A stretch of DNA of 64,000 nucleotides from Octopus sinensis (taxonomy: Eukaryota): contig NC_042999.1 of assembly GCF_006345805.1 (NCBI RefSeq), positions 162,316,001 through 162,380,000 on the forward strand. The letters are read 5' to 3'. The notes below the pieces were generated by a model, which was not told the DNA's origin, searched no databases, and saw nothing but the letters and a program-made list of their open reading frames with translations. Made by a program: the position numbers and the translations under genes. The number at the start of each line of letters is the position of its first letter. The stretch's first letter is position 1. This document shows positions 13,334 to 24,813 of this stretch, in pieces.

Positions 13334-13801
13334 GGTCAAGACAAGGAAATATGAACACACACATTATGTGTGTGTGTATGTATACATACACATGCAATGG
13401 GCTTCTTTTTAGTTTCCGTCTACTAAATTCACTCACAAGGACTTGATAAGTCTGGAACTTTAGTAGATGTCCAAGGTGTTGCACAGTGGGATGGAACCAC
13501 AAGATTGTAAAGTGAACTTCTAAACTAAACAGCCATACTTGAGCCTATCTATAAGCAATATTCATAAAATTTTTTTGTTTCACCAAAAAAAGGAGGGGGG
13601 CGGACCTATAACCCATAATTTAGATGAGGTACTCAATACATAAATGCAGAATGGCTATATTTGATTTTTAAAAAAAGACTTACAGAATTAGTTTCAAATC
13701 CTCTGCAGATTTTATGAAATTCTGTACAGAAAGAAACTAACTTATCTTTGATATACTACATGATGACAAAATTTTCAGTGATTCCTCCATGACTTTATAA
13801 A

Positions 13802-14079
13802 TCTTTATATATAAAAGTCAAGTTGTGTGTCTGTCTCCTACGATTTAGATTCCTAACTACTCCCACATTTTGCGGTGCAGTTTAACAGTCGTGATTCATA
13901 TCGAGCCCTTCTGGGTATTAGCGCGCGTCTACGATGAGTCTACAATTTAAAAAAAATTTACCATAATTTTTTTTCCATTTTTAATGCATTTTTTTGCTAT
14001 TTTTTGGCTATAACTCTCTAAAATTGCTTACATAGTTATTTCCCTTACAAACCCGAGCAACGCCGGGCGATACTGCTAG
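13802..14079 (+). mobile_element. Non-autonomous Helitron (H2, short form)
   Basis: A|TCTTTATATATAAAAG ... hairpin ... CTAG|T. Confidence 0.9.
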
Positions 14080-14187
14080 TTATGGAATATAACAGTTCCT
14101 AACTACATCTCCCACATTCATTTTACTCTTATTTTATAGTCCACACATTTTTCGTTATTATTAATGTGTGTGCATGCATATGTGTGT

Positions 14188-14420
14188 GTTCATGTGTCCT
14201 TGAGCAAGACACTTTATTCCACATTGTTCCAGTCCACTCAGCTAGCAAAAAGGGGTTGTACTTGTAATTCAAAGGGCAAGCTTGTTGCATTTTGTTTCAT
14301 GCTGAATCTCCCTGAGAACTAAGTTAAGGCTATGCATATCTGCAGAGTGCTCAGCCACTTGCATGTTGATTTCGTGAGCAGGATGTGCTGTTGATTGGAT
14401 CAACTGGAACACTCATCATC
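14188..14420 (+). mobile_element. Old SINE related to family 2
   Basis: GTGTCCTTGAGCAAGACACTTTA central motif plus a diverged match to the family 2 3' region. Confidence 0.6.
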
Positions 14421-14613
14421 ATAACCGATGGAGTGCCAATATCACTTCCCAAAATTTGTAACCTTGCACTAATGTTATAAATTGTTATTGTCATCATCAT
14501 CATCAACAGCTGTAAAAGCAGCAAACTCGCAGAATTGTTAGAATGCTGGACAAAATTCTTTGCTGGAGTTCAACTCTCACCTGCCTTTCATCTTTTTGAG
14601 GTTGATAAAACAA

Positions 14614-15041
14614 TTTATTACACACATGTGAGTGAGAACACTTTGAGATATTTTTGGTATCTAACATATGTCAGATACTGCGAGCGTTGCTTCTGATTGG
14701 TCAATCCATGGTGATGACCCAAGGTCACGGTGACGGCACTACTTTTGTCATTCATAAGTTACAACTAAACTTCATTCATTACTTTCACGTGTGTTATGTA
14801 TTTCTTGAACGTGAACTTGAATGTTAACAAAATGTTAAACAGTCATCAGTTATCAGTCATTTCACCTGAAAACTTAGCGCTATAAAGTCGGACTATCTTC
14901 CTGCGGCATGACATCTTTTACAGTTACACATTGTGACGTCACTGACGTGAAATCAAGCTGTATTCATGCGCGCTTCAACACAATGTGAAGAATTTAGTTA
15001 TTGGGTTAATAAAATATGGTCGTTTATTTGTGTGTAATAAA
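14614..15041. mobile_element. Putative non-autonomous DNA element with 13-bp terminal inverted repeats
   Basis: TTTATTACACACA (14614-14626) and TGTGTGTAATAAA (15029-15041). The interior is richer in CpG than its flanks. Confidence 0.55.
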
Positions 15042-15044
15042 TAA

Positions 15045-15182
15045 AATACCAAACTCATTCCCTATGGATACCGTATTTATTACGAGTGGCTTGTAAACGT
15101 ATCTAACTCGCTTTCGCTTGTTAGATACGTTTACAAGCCACTCGTAATAAATACGGTATCCATAGGGAATGAGTTTGGTATT
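15045..15182. repeat. Perfect inverted repeat, 63-bp arms with a 12-nt loop
   Basis: 15045-15107 is the exact reverse complement of 15120-15182; loop TCGCTTTCGCTT. Confidence 0.97.
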
Positions 15183-15751
15183 CTCTATGTATCAGTCAAA
15201 TACTAAGATCCATATAATCAACTTAGCCCCTCCCTACAAAATTGCTGGACTTGAGCCAAAATTTGAAACCATTATCATCATCATTATTATTACTGAGTGA
15301 GAGAGCAGTGCATGCCATCAAAGTGACACTGGAGTACTGATGATATGTGCATCTATGAAGCCCAGTATACCCATCATGACTACCCGTCTGATAAGAGTAC
15401 ACTAGGTACATGCATCACAACCATATGTGCACAAAATGGTAATCTCATATCAAGATAAACAGTGCATAACCATGCAGGTGGGGCCCAGTTAGAATGTTTC
15501 TTCAGGTCTGCTCAAAAGGTCCCTGAATAAGGATTGTTTAAGGATGATGAATGAAACACCTGTGTTTCCAGAGCTGAATTATTCAAACCCCAAAGAATTC
15601 CTTTCAACACATGGCTATGATGCTCCCCCACTACTCCTGCTCATGACCAGAGATACACATATCATCAACATGCTCAACTGGTTAAGATCAAGCAAATCTG
15701 TGGTATTGAGCAGAATATTTGCTGTAACCCATCTTTTTACATCAAGACAAA

Positions 15752-16207
15752 TCATCATCATCATTGTTCGACCGTGGTCGAGACAATGGAATTTATCATG
15801 CTACGCCAGACTTCACGGTCCATCATGGCATTACGTAGGTCCTGTTGCTGGATGCCTGTATCCCTGGAGATTACATCAGGGTAGGAGAGTGTGCACCCTC
15901 TGGTATTGCGAGTAGATGGCTTCCAGAGGAGAAGAGTAGAAATTACCTCTTTTTCAGCTCTACAACAATGTCCAGCAAACTGGACTCTCCTACCTTTCAC
16001 AAGAGATGACACAGGTGGTAGTTTTCCATATATTTGCATTTTGGTTGGATGGCGCTTCCACGAGAGATTTTGTGTAGGTCTTTACCTCAATGAGTCCAAG
16101 ACTGAATCCATAAACAAGTGCCTGTCCAACAGTGATTGCATCATCCATACTCTCAACAATGCGCCCTTAAATATGGTTTCTGATTACAAATATCTTGGGT
16201 CATACAT
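15752..16207 (-). mobile_element. RTE-type LINE insertion with 5' inversion and 11-bp TSD
   Basis: Minus-strand C-terminus QNLSWKRHPTKMQIYGKLPPVS..FAGHC..VEQ* (15752-~16072). Plus-strand upstream piece CVGLYLNESKTE..YKYLGSYIS (~16071-16207). TSD ATCAAGACAAA at 15741-15751 and 16208-16218. Confidence 0.9.
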
Positions 16208-16329
16208 ATCAAGACAAAACATGTACGTGTTAACACTTTCAACCAATTAAGATCAGAAACCATCGGAGCCAGTGTCTGGTGCTGTATCAGGGCATTTTAT
16301 TATTATTATTAGTTCCCTCCCACTAAATT

Positions 16330-17292
16330 TCAGGCTTTATGCCTTTAGTAGAAAGGATAAAGACGGCAAGCTAGCAAAATTGTTAGCATGCAGGGCAAGA
16401 TGCTTAGCAGTATTTCATGTGTCTTCACATTCTGAGTACAAATTCTGCCAAGGTCAGCTTTGCTTTCATCCTGTTGGGCTCGATAAATTAAGTACCAGTT
16501 ACGCACTGGGGTCCATGTAATTAACTAATTAACTAATTGTAATTAACTAATCCTCTCCCAAAAAATTTCAGGCCTTGTGATTTTATTTAGTAGGAAGGAT
16601 TATTATTATCATTATTATTATTATTATCATTATTATTATCATTATTATTATCATTATTATTATCATTATTATTATCATTATTATTATCATTATTATTAAG
16701 GTGACAAGTTGGCAGAATCCTTAGCATGCCAGGCAAAATGCTTAGTAGCATTTCGTCTGTCTTCATGTCATGAGTTCAAATTCCACCAAAGTCAACTTTT
16801 GGGGTTGATAAAATAAGTACCAGTTGAGCACTGGAGTTGATGTAATCAATTTACTCCTCTCCTGAAATTGATGGCCTTATACCAAAATTTGAAATCATAT
16901 CATTATTATTATCATTTATTTTTCTTCTTTCAAATTTGCTTCCATTTCTTGCCGAGTGTCTTCCCGACTCCTAGGGCAAAGAAACTCATAGTATACATTG
17001 GTAGGCCATTAAACTAAACTCAATAGTTCGTTCATTCTTTTTTTTTTAAGTTAAATTAAAATACATGGGTAGTAATAGTTATTATTATTATTATTAAGGT
17101 GGTGAACTGTAAGAAGTGTTAGAACACAAGGCAAAGTGCTTAGCGGTATTTTACCCATTGCAGTTGACTTTGCCTTTCATCTGTTCAAGGTCAATAAAAT
17201 AAGTACTAGTAAAACACTGGAGTCAATGTAATCAAATAGTCCCCACCAACCCAAAATTTCAGGCCTTGTGCCAATAGTAAAAAGGATTATTA
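16330..17292 (+). mobile_element. Three tandem degenerate copies of SINE family 3 separated by (ATT/ATC)n
   Basis: Shared motif TTTGCCTTTCATC..GGGGTCGATAAA.TAAGTACCAG..CACTGG at ~16330-16600, ~16698-16900 and ~17097-17292. Further copies at ~12470, ~14520, ~23920, ~44590, ~47130, ~49850 and ~60950. Confidence 0.75.
16599..16697 (+). repeat. (ATTATTATTATC)n microsatellite
   Basis: Read directly from the sequence. Confidence 0.9.
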
Positions 17293-17297
17293 TTATT

Positions 17298-17690
17298 ACT
17301 CTTTACTCTCTTTTACTCTTTTATTTGTTTCAGTCATTTGACTGCGGCCATGCTGGAGCACCAACTTTAGTCGAGCAAATCGACCCCAGAACTTATTCTT
17401 TGTAAGCCCAGTACTTATTCCATCGGTCTCTTTTTGCCGAACCGCTAAGTGACGGGGACATAAACACACCAGCATCGGCTGTCAGGCAATGCTAGGGGGA
17501 CAAACACAGACACAGAAACACATACATATATACGACAGGTTTCTTTCAGTTTCCGTCTACCAAATCCACTCACAAGGCATTGGTCGGCCCGGGGCTATAG
17601 CAGAAGACACTTGCCCAAGATGCCACGCAGTGGGACTGAACCCGGAACCATGTGGTTGGTAAGCAAGCTACTTACCACACAGCCACTCCT
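17298..17690 (-). mobile_element. SINE family 1 (copy D)
   Basis: Consensus match. Confidence 0.95.
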
Positions 17691-17894
17691 ATTATTATTA
17701 TTATTATTATTATTAATAGTAGTAGTAGTAGTCTATGCTTGTGACAATGCAGCATGATAGTGATTTGTTAGGAGGTAGAGGAGATGAAACAAATAAGATA
17801 GGAAAAACTATTTAGCATAGATTATGTCGTACTGAGATCTCCAGTTTCAAAAGTGTTCCTACCATCAATTGTTCACAGATCACTGTAAATATAC

Positions 17895-18305
17895 ATGCAT
17901 GGATTGCATGGATTTGTGTGGTGGAAGCACTCCGTCGGTTACGACGACGAGGGTTCAGGTTGATCCGATCAACGGAACAGCCTGCTCGTGAAATTAACGT
18001 GTAAGTGGCTGAGCACTCCACAGACACGTGTACCCTTAACATAGTTCTCGGGGATATTCAGCATGACACAGAGAGTGACAAGGCCGGCCCTTTGAAATAC
18101 AGGTACAACAGAAACAGGAAGTAAGAGTGAGAGAAAGTTGTGGTGAAAGAGTACAGCAGAGATCACCACCATCCCTGCCGGAGCCTCGTGGAGCTTTTAG
18201 GTGTTTTCGCTCAATAAACACTCACAACGCCCAGTCTGGGAATCGAAACTGCGATCCTACGACCGCGAGTCCACTGCCCTAACCACTGGGCCATTGCGCC
18301 TCCAC
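17895..18305 (-). mobile_element. tRNA-derived SINE family 2 (copy 1)
   Basis: Head GTGGAGGCGCAATGGCCCAGTGGTTAG (A box), B box GTTTCGATTCC, TCCA-type tail; near-identical copy at 38975. Confidence 0.9.
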
Positions 18306-19649
18306 TTGGATTTGTGTATATATATATACAGGCAACAGTTAAAAAAACACACATTTAGAAAGGAAATAAAACTATACAGAAAAATATATTATTACAAAGA
18401 CTATAAGAAGTTAGATTAGAGAGAGAGAGAGAGAGAGAGTTATTGAGCAAGAGATAGAGGGATAGGCAAAAAAGAAAAATATAAACATATTAAAAGCAAA
18501 ATATATTTCTTTTAATAAAAAGCAAAAGAAACAGCAATTGAATTTGTTTTTTTTATTATTTATTTTTCAATATTGTTTATACATACATATACGTATATAT
18601 ACATGCACACACACATACACAAATGTGTATATGTGTGTATATATGTCTTTGTATGTGCATGTATATGTGTCCATGTGTGCATGCACACACACACACATAC
18701 ACACACGTGCACACACACACACACACAGAGGAACACAGCTGTCGGCGAAACTATTTCTTTGTAATATGACTACATACCAAATCTCTCACCATAACATGGT
18801 CTAAACAGTATGAAAAGAACAATTTGTTTCATTTGTTTCAAGATTCAATTATCATTATTCTTTGCATTATTATTATTATTATTATTGTTATTATTATTAT
18901 TATTATCATTATTATTATTATGTGCTTGCATCCATATAACAACAACCTAAGCTCTACTGAAGTGCTTCTTCAAACCTCAGGACAGATTTATTTATAGCTA
19001 AAATCCCTTGAATCGCTTTTATTTTTGTTTTTTTTCTCTTTAAAACTTATCACTGTGTTTTTCTTAGACAGTATATGACTCCTTGGAGAGAGAGAGAGAG
19101 AGAAAGAGAAAGAAATTTTTTGCAGCTCATATAGAAACAAAATTTCCCTATTTTTCTTAAATTCAAATACAGAATTCCTTTTTCTTTCTTATTTTCTTGT
19201 CAAGTAGAACATATATAACTGCACACACACACACAAATATGTATGTATGTACGTATGTATGTATGTGTGTGTGTATGTGTGTGTGTGTATGCATGCATGC
19301 ATGTAAGAGTGTACAACACACACACACATATACATACATATTCATAATAATATAAAGAATTATATATTTAAAAAGTTAAAGTCTCTCTTGAACCTACATG
19401 CCCATTAAGCCGCAGCAGTTTAGCCATGTTTCCACAGTGTTTAAGAGACTGAGAGTACAAAACTCCCTCTGCTCCTGGACAGGATGCCAGGCTGTCATAG
19501 AGTTAATAATTCCTGCAGATGCCAGTGGTACTCGTTTTCAGCTGAGTGGACTATAGCAACATGAAATGAAGTACCTTGCTCGAGGACTAAACACACCATC
19601 TGCTCAAAAATTGAACCTAATTATCATGAGCCCAGCACACTAAGCACAA

Positions 19650-19674
19650 GACCTTGCATCTTCCCAATCATATG

Positions 19675-19705
<31 letters not shown>

Positions 19706-19757
19706 GTGTGTGTGTATATATAAATATATATATATACACGTGCACATGTCTATAGTG

Positions 19758-19811
<54 letters not shown>

Positions 19812-20226
19812 TATATATTAACAAACACATATATGCATACATATACACACAGACACACATAGATATACATATATATATTATATACACAAACAAATTATGC
19901 ATGTGTGAGTATGTATATATGTATATATACACATACATGTGGATACATAGATGTATACACACACGCATGTGCACATACATGCACACACATGTACAATGTA
20001 TTTTCTACTTAAAAGAATGAAATAAAATGAAAAGCTTAAAAAAAAACAAAAAAAAAACAAAAGGTATAAAGAGATGAAATTATTAAAGCTTGTATCATTG
20101 GATTGAAAAATAAAATTAGTTCTATATTAAAGTCTTGGTACTGTTTCTCTGATAATTCTTTTATAATAACAGGCAGTCGTTTTTGTTCTTTTTTTTAGCT
20201 TGGAACTGTCCAAGACTTACAATATA

Positions 20227-20259
<33 letters not shown>

Positions 20260-20301
20260 ATACATGTGTGTATATATATATATGTACGTATACATATATA
20301 C

Positions 20302-20357
<56 letters not shown>

Positions 20358-20403
20358 ACAAATATACATATGTTATATCTATACATATGTATGTATATAT
20401 ATG

Positions 20404-20445
<42 letters not shown>
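19650..20445. repeat. (CA)n/(TA)n/(TACA)n microsatellite field just downstream of the CSPG4 stop
   Basis: Read directly: tracts at ~19670-19990 and ~20222-20445. Confidence 0.9.
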
Positions 20446-20447
<2 letters not shown>

Positions 20448-20668
20448 CAAACACACTCCCTCTCATTCTCACTTTCCCTCTTTTTTTAATGAATGAAAGA
20501 ACTTTTTTCCTTTTTTGTTTACTTTGATTTCTTGGTTTTGAATTAAAATTTTGCTTTTGCTTTTTGTTTTTTGTTTCTTTCAATGTTTTTCTTTCCAATT
20601 TTTTGCCTCTTCTTTTCTAATCCTCACCTCACATTGAATCTCTGCCCCCGTCCCCTGCATTCTTACTA

Positions 20669-23391
20669 TCACACCCAATACTGGTTGTCTCTCAAAACTG
20701 GGTTTGTGGTCCGAAAGTGTTGCAAAAGTTCAGGACCTAGTAGATTCCAATCAACATTTAATAAGTCCGTACTGGTTCCTGTCTTGGAACTGCCCTCGGG
20801 TGATCGCCTCTCCGGTGGGGAGCTGTTATCTGTATGCATCAGTGGCGTTACTTTACAAGTTGGCACCGTTGAGCTGACCTCGGCCCTTGTTGAATCAGGT
20901 GAACGGGGTGTTGGTGATGACTTTGTACTTTGGTCAGCAGTGGCTGATATGTTAGGGTGTGAACATGATGATGGTGATGATGCTGTCATTACTGCTACTG
21001 CTGCAGCTACTGCCTTGTCATCACTGTCTTCTGATGGTGTTAATGCGCTTGCTGGGGAGCCTGCAGTGGCACCATCTGTGACATTGCTACTGCTGCAACA
21101 TGCACCCGTGTCTGCATTGCTGGTGTTGTTGCTACTAGTTGAGGGAATGTTCACACCAATGGACGATGCTTGTTCTTGCATGAGTGACATGTAATCGTCA
21201 GATGCAGGACTATTGGTCAGATTTTGCTGTTGGGGTTCAATGTGAACATGGGGCTGATCCAAATGCACTGATCCATTGATCTGTGGTCGCGGTCGTGTGC
21301 GTGTGCCACGCACATTTTCTGAGGGCGATTTCTGTTTCCTTTTCCTCAACAAAATGAAAATAATGAGAACTATGATTATTATTATTAAGATAAATGAGAC
21401 TACAATACAAACTATGAAAAAATCACTTGTAACATTTGGAATATCCTCTTGTTTCCCAGCACCTTCCTTAGGCTCGATAGCAGCTGCAACTGATGTTAGA
21501 CGAGGCGTCAAAGATGGCTTTAGATCTTCCTCTTTGCTTCCTGGTGGATGGATGTTGATTTCAAATTTACCAGAAGCTGGTTGCACATTCATTGCAACAA
21601 GTTTGAAAGAGAAAGAGTCAATGACACTATGGTTGTGACCAGTTCTGTCCGCTTCATAGAGGATATCTCCATTTTTCACATCTTCATGGGTGAAACTTTT
21701 GATTAGAGTCCTTCGTCGAATTTCTCTTTTTCGGATAGGAGACCTCTTAATGAGTTGACCATACAAAGGAGACTCAGTTATGTGAAACTGAGGGTTGTCA
21801 TTTGTTACTGCTGCTAGTTCAGAGGCATCAAGAACTGAAAGGTCAATAAGGGCTTGATCTCCAGCAATAGCTTTAAATGGGTGTTGTTTTAAAAGAGGAC
21901 GCACAGTAATGTTAAAGCGAGCATCATAGACACGGCTGTCAATTTGTGGAAAGTACATACGTACTAAGAAATAGTCTGAACCAGATGCCATGTTTGTTTG
22001 AATGTAAAGTAAAAGACTGTTTTCAAGATCTGTTTGCGAGAACTGGCTGACAATCGAATCTTTGAGATAGAGGTGACCATACTGAGGTCGACGTGTGATG
22101 TTGTAGCGGACATTTTCAGAAATTCCATTTGTACGAATCTTAAAGTTATTAAGGCTAATGTAAGCTGCGGACTGAGACTGCAGAACTTCAATGTCTGAAT
22201 ATTTGACAATATTTATAATGACTGGAATGACAGCAATATTGAACACAATATAGAATTGCTCAAATTTGCCATCGCTGACCTTAAAAGTGAAAGAGCCTTG
22301 GTGCCTGCTACCATCATGTAGAAACACCACTATACCAGCATTGACTTCACGTTGAGTGAACTGAGAAATTGGAACGTAATAACTGTTGTGAAACACTAAC
22401 ATTCCATTGTCAGCTTTTTTAATGATAGTATAAGTGATATTTTCTGGTGGGGTATCTGGATCAGTTGTCTCCAAATGTTTGCGTGTAATGTTCGCCGTTA
22501 AACCTTGAATGACTTGAATGCCAGGGTTTTGTGTGAGCAGTACAAGATGTTGGTCATTGACTGGATAAATGGTGATGTTGAACTCATTTTCTAGAGTACG
22601 ACTGCTCACATCAAGAGGTTTGCTTGTAATGTTACGTATCTTAATATTCAACAAGAATTTGAAGGAATCCTGCAAAGTTTCATTGCCGTTGTGCTCATAC
22701 TTGAGACGCTCATGATTAATTTCTTGTTGAGAAAAGTTAACTCCGGGTAGTAGTAATCCTCGATCAAGAAGTAGTTTGCCATAACGAGGTGGTTCAGTGA
22801 TTTCATATCTAACAGTGACATGTTTCTTTAGAATTTTCAGTTCCCGCACATATTTGTCAATATTAAGGTTATGTTTGGTGAAAAAAGCACTGCCACCTTC
22901 AACAACTTTCAATGGAGTGAGACTAATCAGCATGTTTTTGTTTTCTTGATTAATGTTGCCATATGAGATACTTATAAACATTATGTCTTCAATGCTGTTT
23001 GCATAGAGAGTTTCAACTCGGAATTTAAAAAAATCCCGCTGGGACCAGTTGTGCAGGTTGGCTTTATGTCGATAAAAAATACGACCGCTATCAATATCTG
23101 ATTGTGTGAAATGATGAACTTCATTGAGTTGCTCATCCATTCGAGACACAATCTGACCATAGTGCGGACGGGTCCTCAGCCAGTACTTTATAGCATTTGT
23201 TTGGTTAGGGTTATTAGTGCTTGCAGACAGGTACTCATTAGTTAGAACTTGCATTGTATTTGGGTATACTTCCATTGGTTTGTTAACATCAAGGCTCAAT
23301 ACAAGGGAATGTGCTGTTATTTTAAAAATATGTTCATTATCAAAATTTGAACCATCTGTGATGCGGAACTGGAAGCTTCCTGTGCTGCCAC
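20669..23391 (-). CDS. CSPG4: Chondroitin sulfate proteoglycan 4 (NG2/kon-tiki-like), terminal coding exon: CSPG repeats, TM helix, cytoplasmic tail, PDZ ligand
   Basis: Acceptor ttttgtag|GT at 23392/23391 joins in phase 1 (G|GT GGC AGC, GGSTGSFQFRITDG), in frame with the 876-aa ORF. CSPG repeats (YxHxG..D.F.F), TM FFIVCIVVSFILIIIIIVLIIFILL (~21347-21421), C-terminus PELLQHFRTTNPVLRDNQYWV matching vertebrate NG2 PELLQFCRTPNPALKNGQYWV. Confidence 0.96.
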
Positions 23392-24408
23392 CTACAAAAT
23401 AAAAAATAATTCATTGTTAGCATTTCATTGAATAAACTAATGCAATCTTTCTTAAGTAAAAGGTTCACTTCTTTTTGAAAGAAGATAAAAGCAGTCAATT
23501 TTATCTCAAGAGTGAAGAGAATGACTTGCAATATCAACCCTAGTGAGATTTGAAATTCATATATTAATAACTGGAACAAATATGATTGAAGTACACAGCC
23601 AACTGACTTCTGTATGTATCCTTTTTCACTAACCACACAGCCTATTTCAAATCAATGACATAATGTTTCATTCTTAGAGGTACAACAAGGAATTTGTAGG
23701 AGAAAAATGTGACATTGCACAACTTTCAAGCATTAACAGAATAAGCAAAGAAAACTGGTTTCATTCAGGAAGCAAAACAAAATTTCATATTTGGCAGTTG
23801 TCAACCAATGAAATAATTGTTTTTCTTAGTTAATTTGATTCAATATAGTATCTTTATCTTTGTAATGAGAGGATAAACAATTAATTAAATTGACTGAGTT
23901 TTCAATATATTATGGGAATTTAAATTCCACTGAGGTTGACTTTGCCTTTCGTCTTTTCGGGGTCGATAAATTAGGTACCAGTTGTGTACTGGGGTTCTAA
24001 GAGGCTAACTTGTCCCCATTATGCTATATTATGACAAAATTTTCATTGGCTTGCATGGTTCTGTATACAGTGGAGAGTTATACAGCAGTTTAATGTCTGG
24101 TGTGAAATTCACTTTCAATACCTCTGTGAGAGATTTTATTTTCCATCTGATACCACCAGTTTTGAGCCAGTAAGGAAACTTTAGTCATTTAAGTTACTAG
24201 AAGTAACAGTTAAATCTTTTTTAAATCTCAATCTGCTGTCTTAAAATAGGGAGGTCAGATATCTTATATACAGATATCTTATATACACTTCGTCTGAAAT
24301 CATCTGGTCATGGATATAACACTTTTTTCCATAAGTTTGCTCAATCAGGACTGATCTGGAGTTGAACAACAATAACAACTAGCTCTTACAGTCAGGTCAA
24401 TTATACAT

Positions 24409-24813
24409 CTCTTTTACTCTTTTACTTGTTTCAGTCATTTGACTGCGGCCATGCTGGAGCACCGCCTTTTTAGTCGAGCAAATCGACCTCGGGACTTATT
24501 CTTTGTAAGCCCAGTACTTATTCTATCGGTCTCTTTTGCCGAACCGCTAACTGACGGGGACGTAAACACACCAGCATCGGTTGTCAAGCAATGCTAGGAG
24601 GACAAACACAGACACATAAACACACACACACATATATATATACATATATACGACAGGCTTCTTTCAGTTTCCGTCTACCAAATCCACTCACAAGGCATTG
24701 GTCGGCCCAGGGCTATAGCAGAAGACACTTGCCCAAGATGCCACGCAGTGGGACTAAACCCGGAACCATGTGGTTGGTTAGCAAGCTACTTACCACACAG
24801 CCACTCCTGCGCC
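24409..24813 (-). mobile_element. SINE family 1 (copy E) in the last CSPG4 intron
   Basis: Consensus match. Confidence 0.95.

Noticed and set aside
17895-18305. tRNA gene at SINE heads (A and B boxes)
   Set aside because: The heads continue into SINE bodies and recur as dispersed copies; no complete cloverleaf with acceptor stem is supported.
19640-20598. Many ORFs rich in Y/I/H/T/C/V/M (also at ~6800-7080, 18540-18800, 31250-31600)
   Set aside because: They are translations of (TA)n/(CA)n/(TG)n microsatellites with no coding signal.
20571-21638. Plus-strand ORFs of 207 aa and 120 aa (also 26688-26987 and 29767-29973)
   Set aside because: Shadow ORFs antisense to CSPG4 coding exons, with no independent motifs or splice support.
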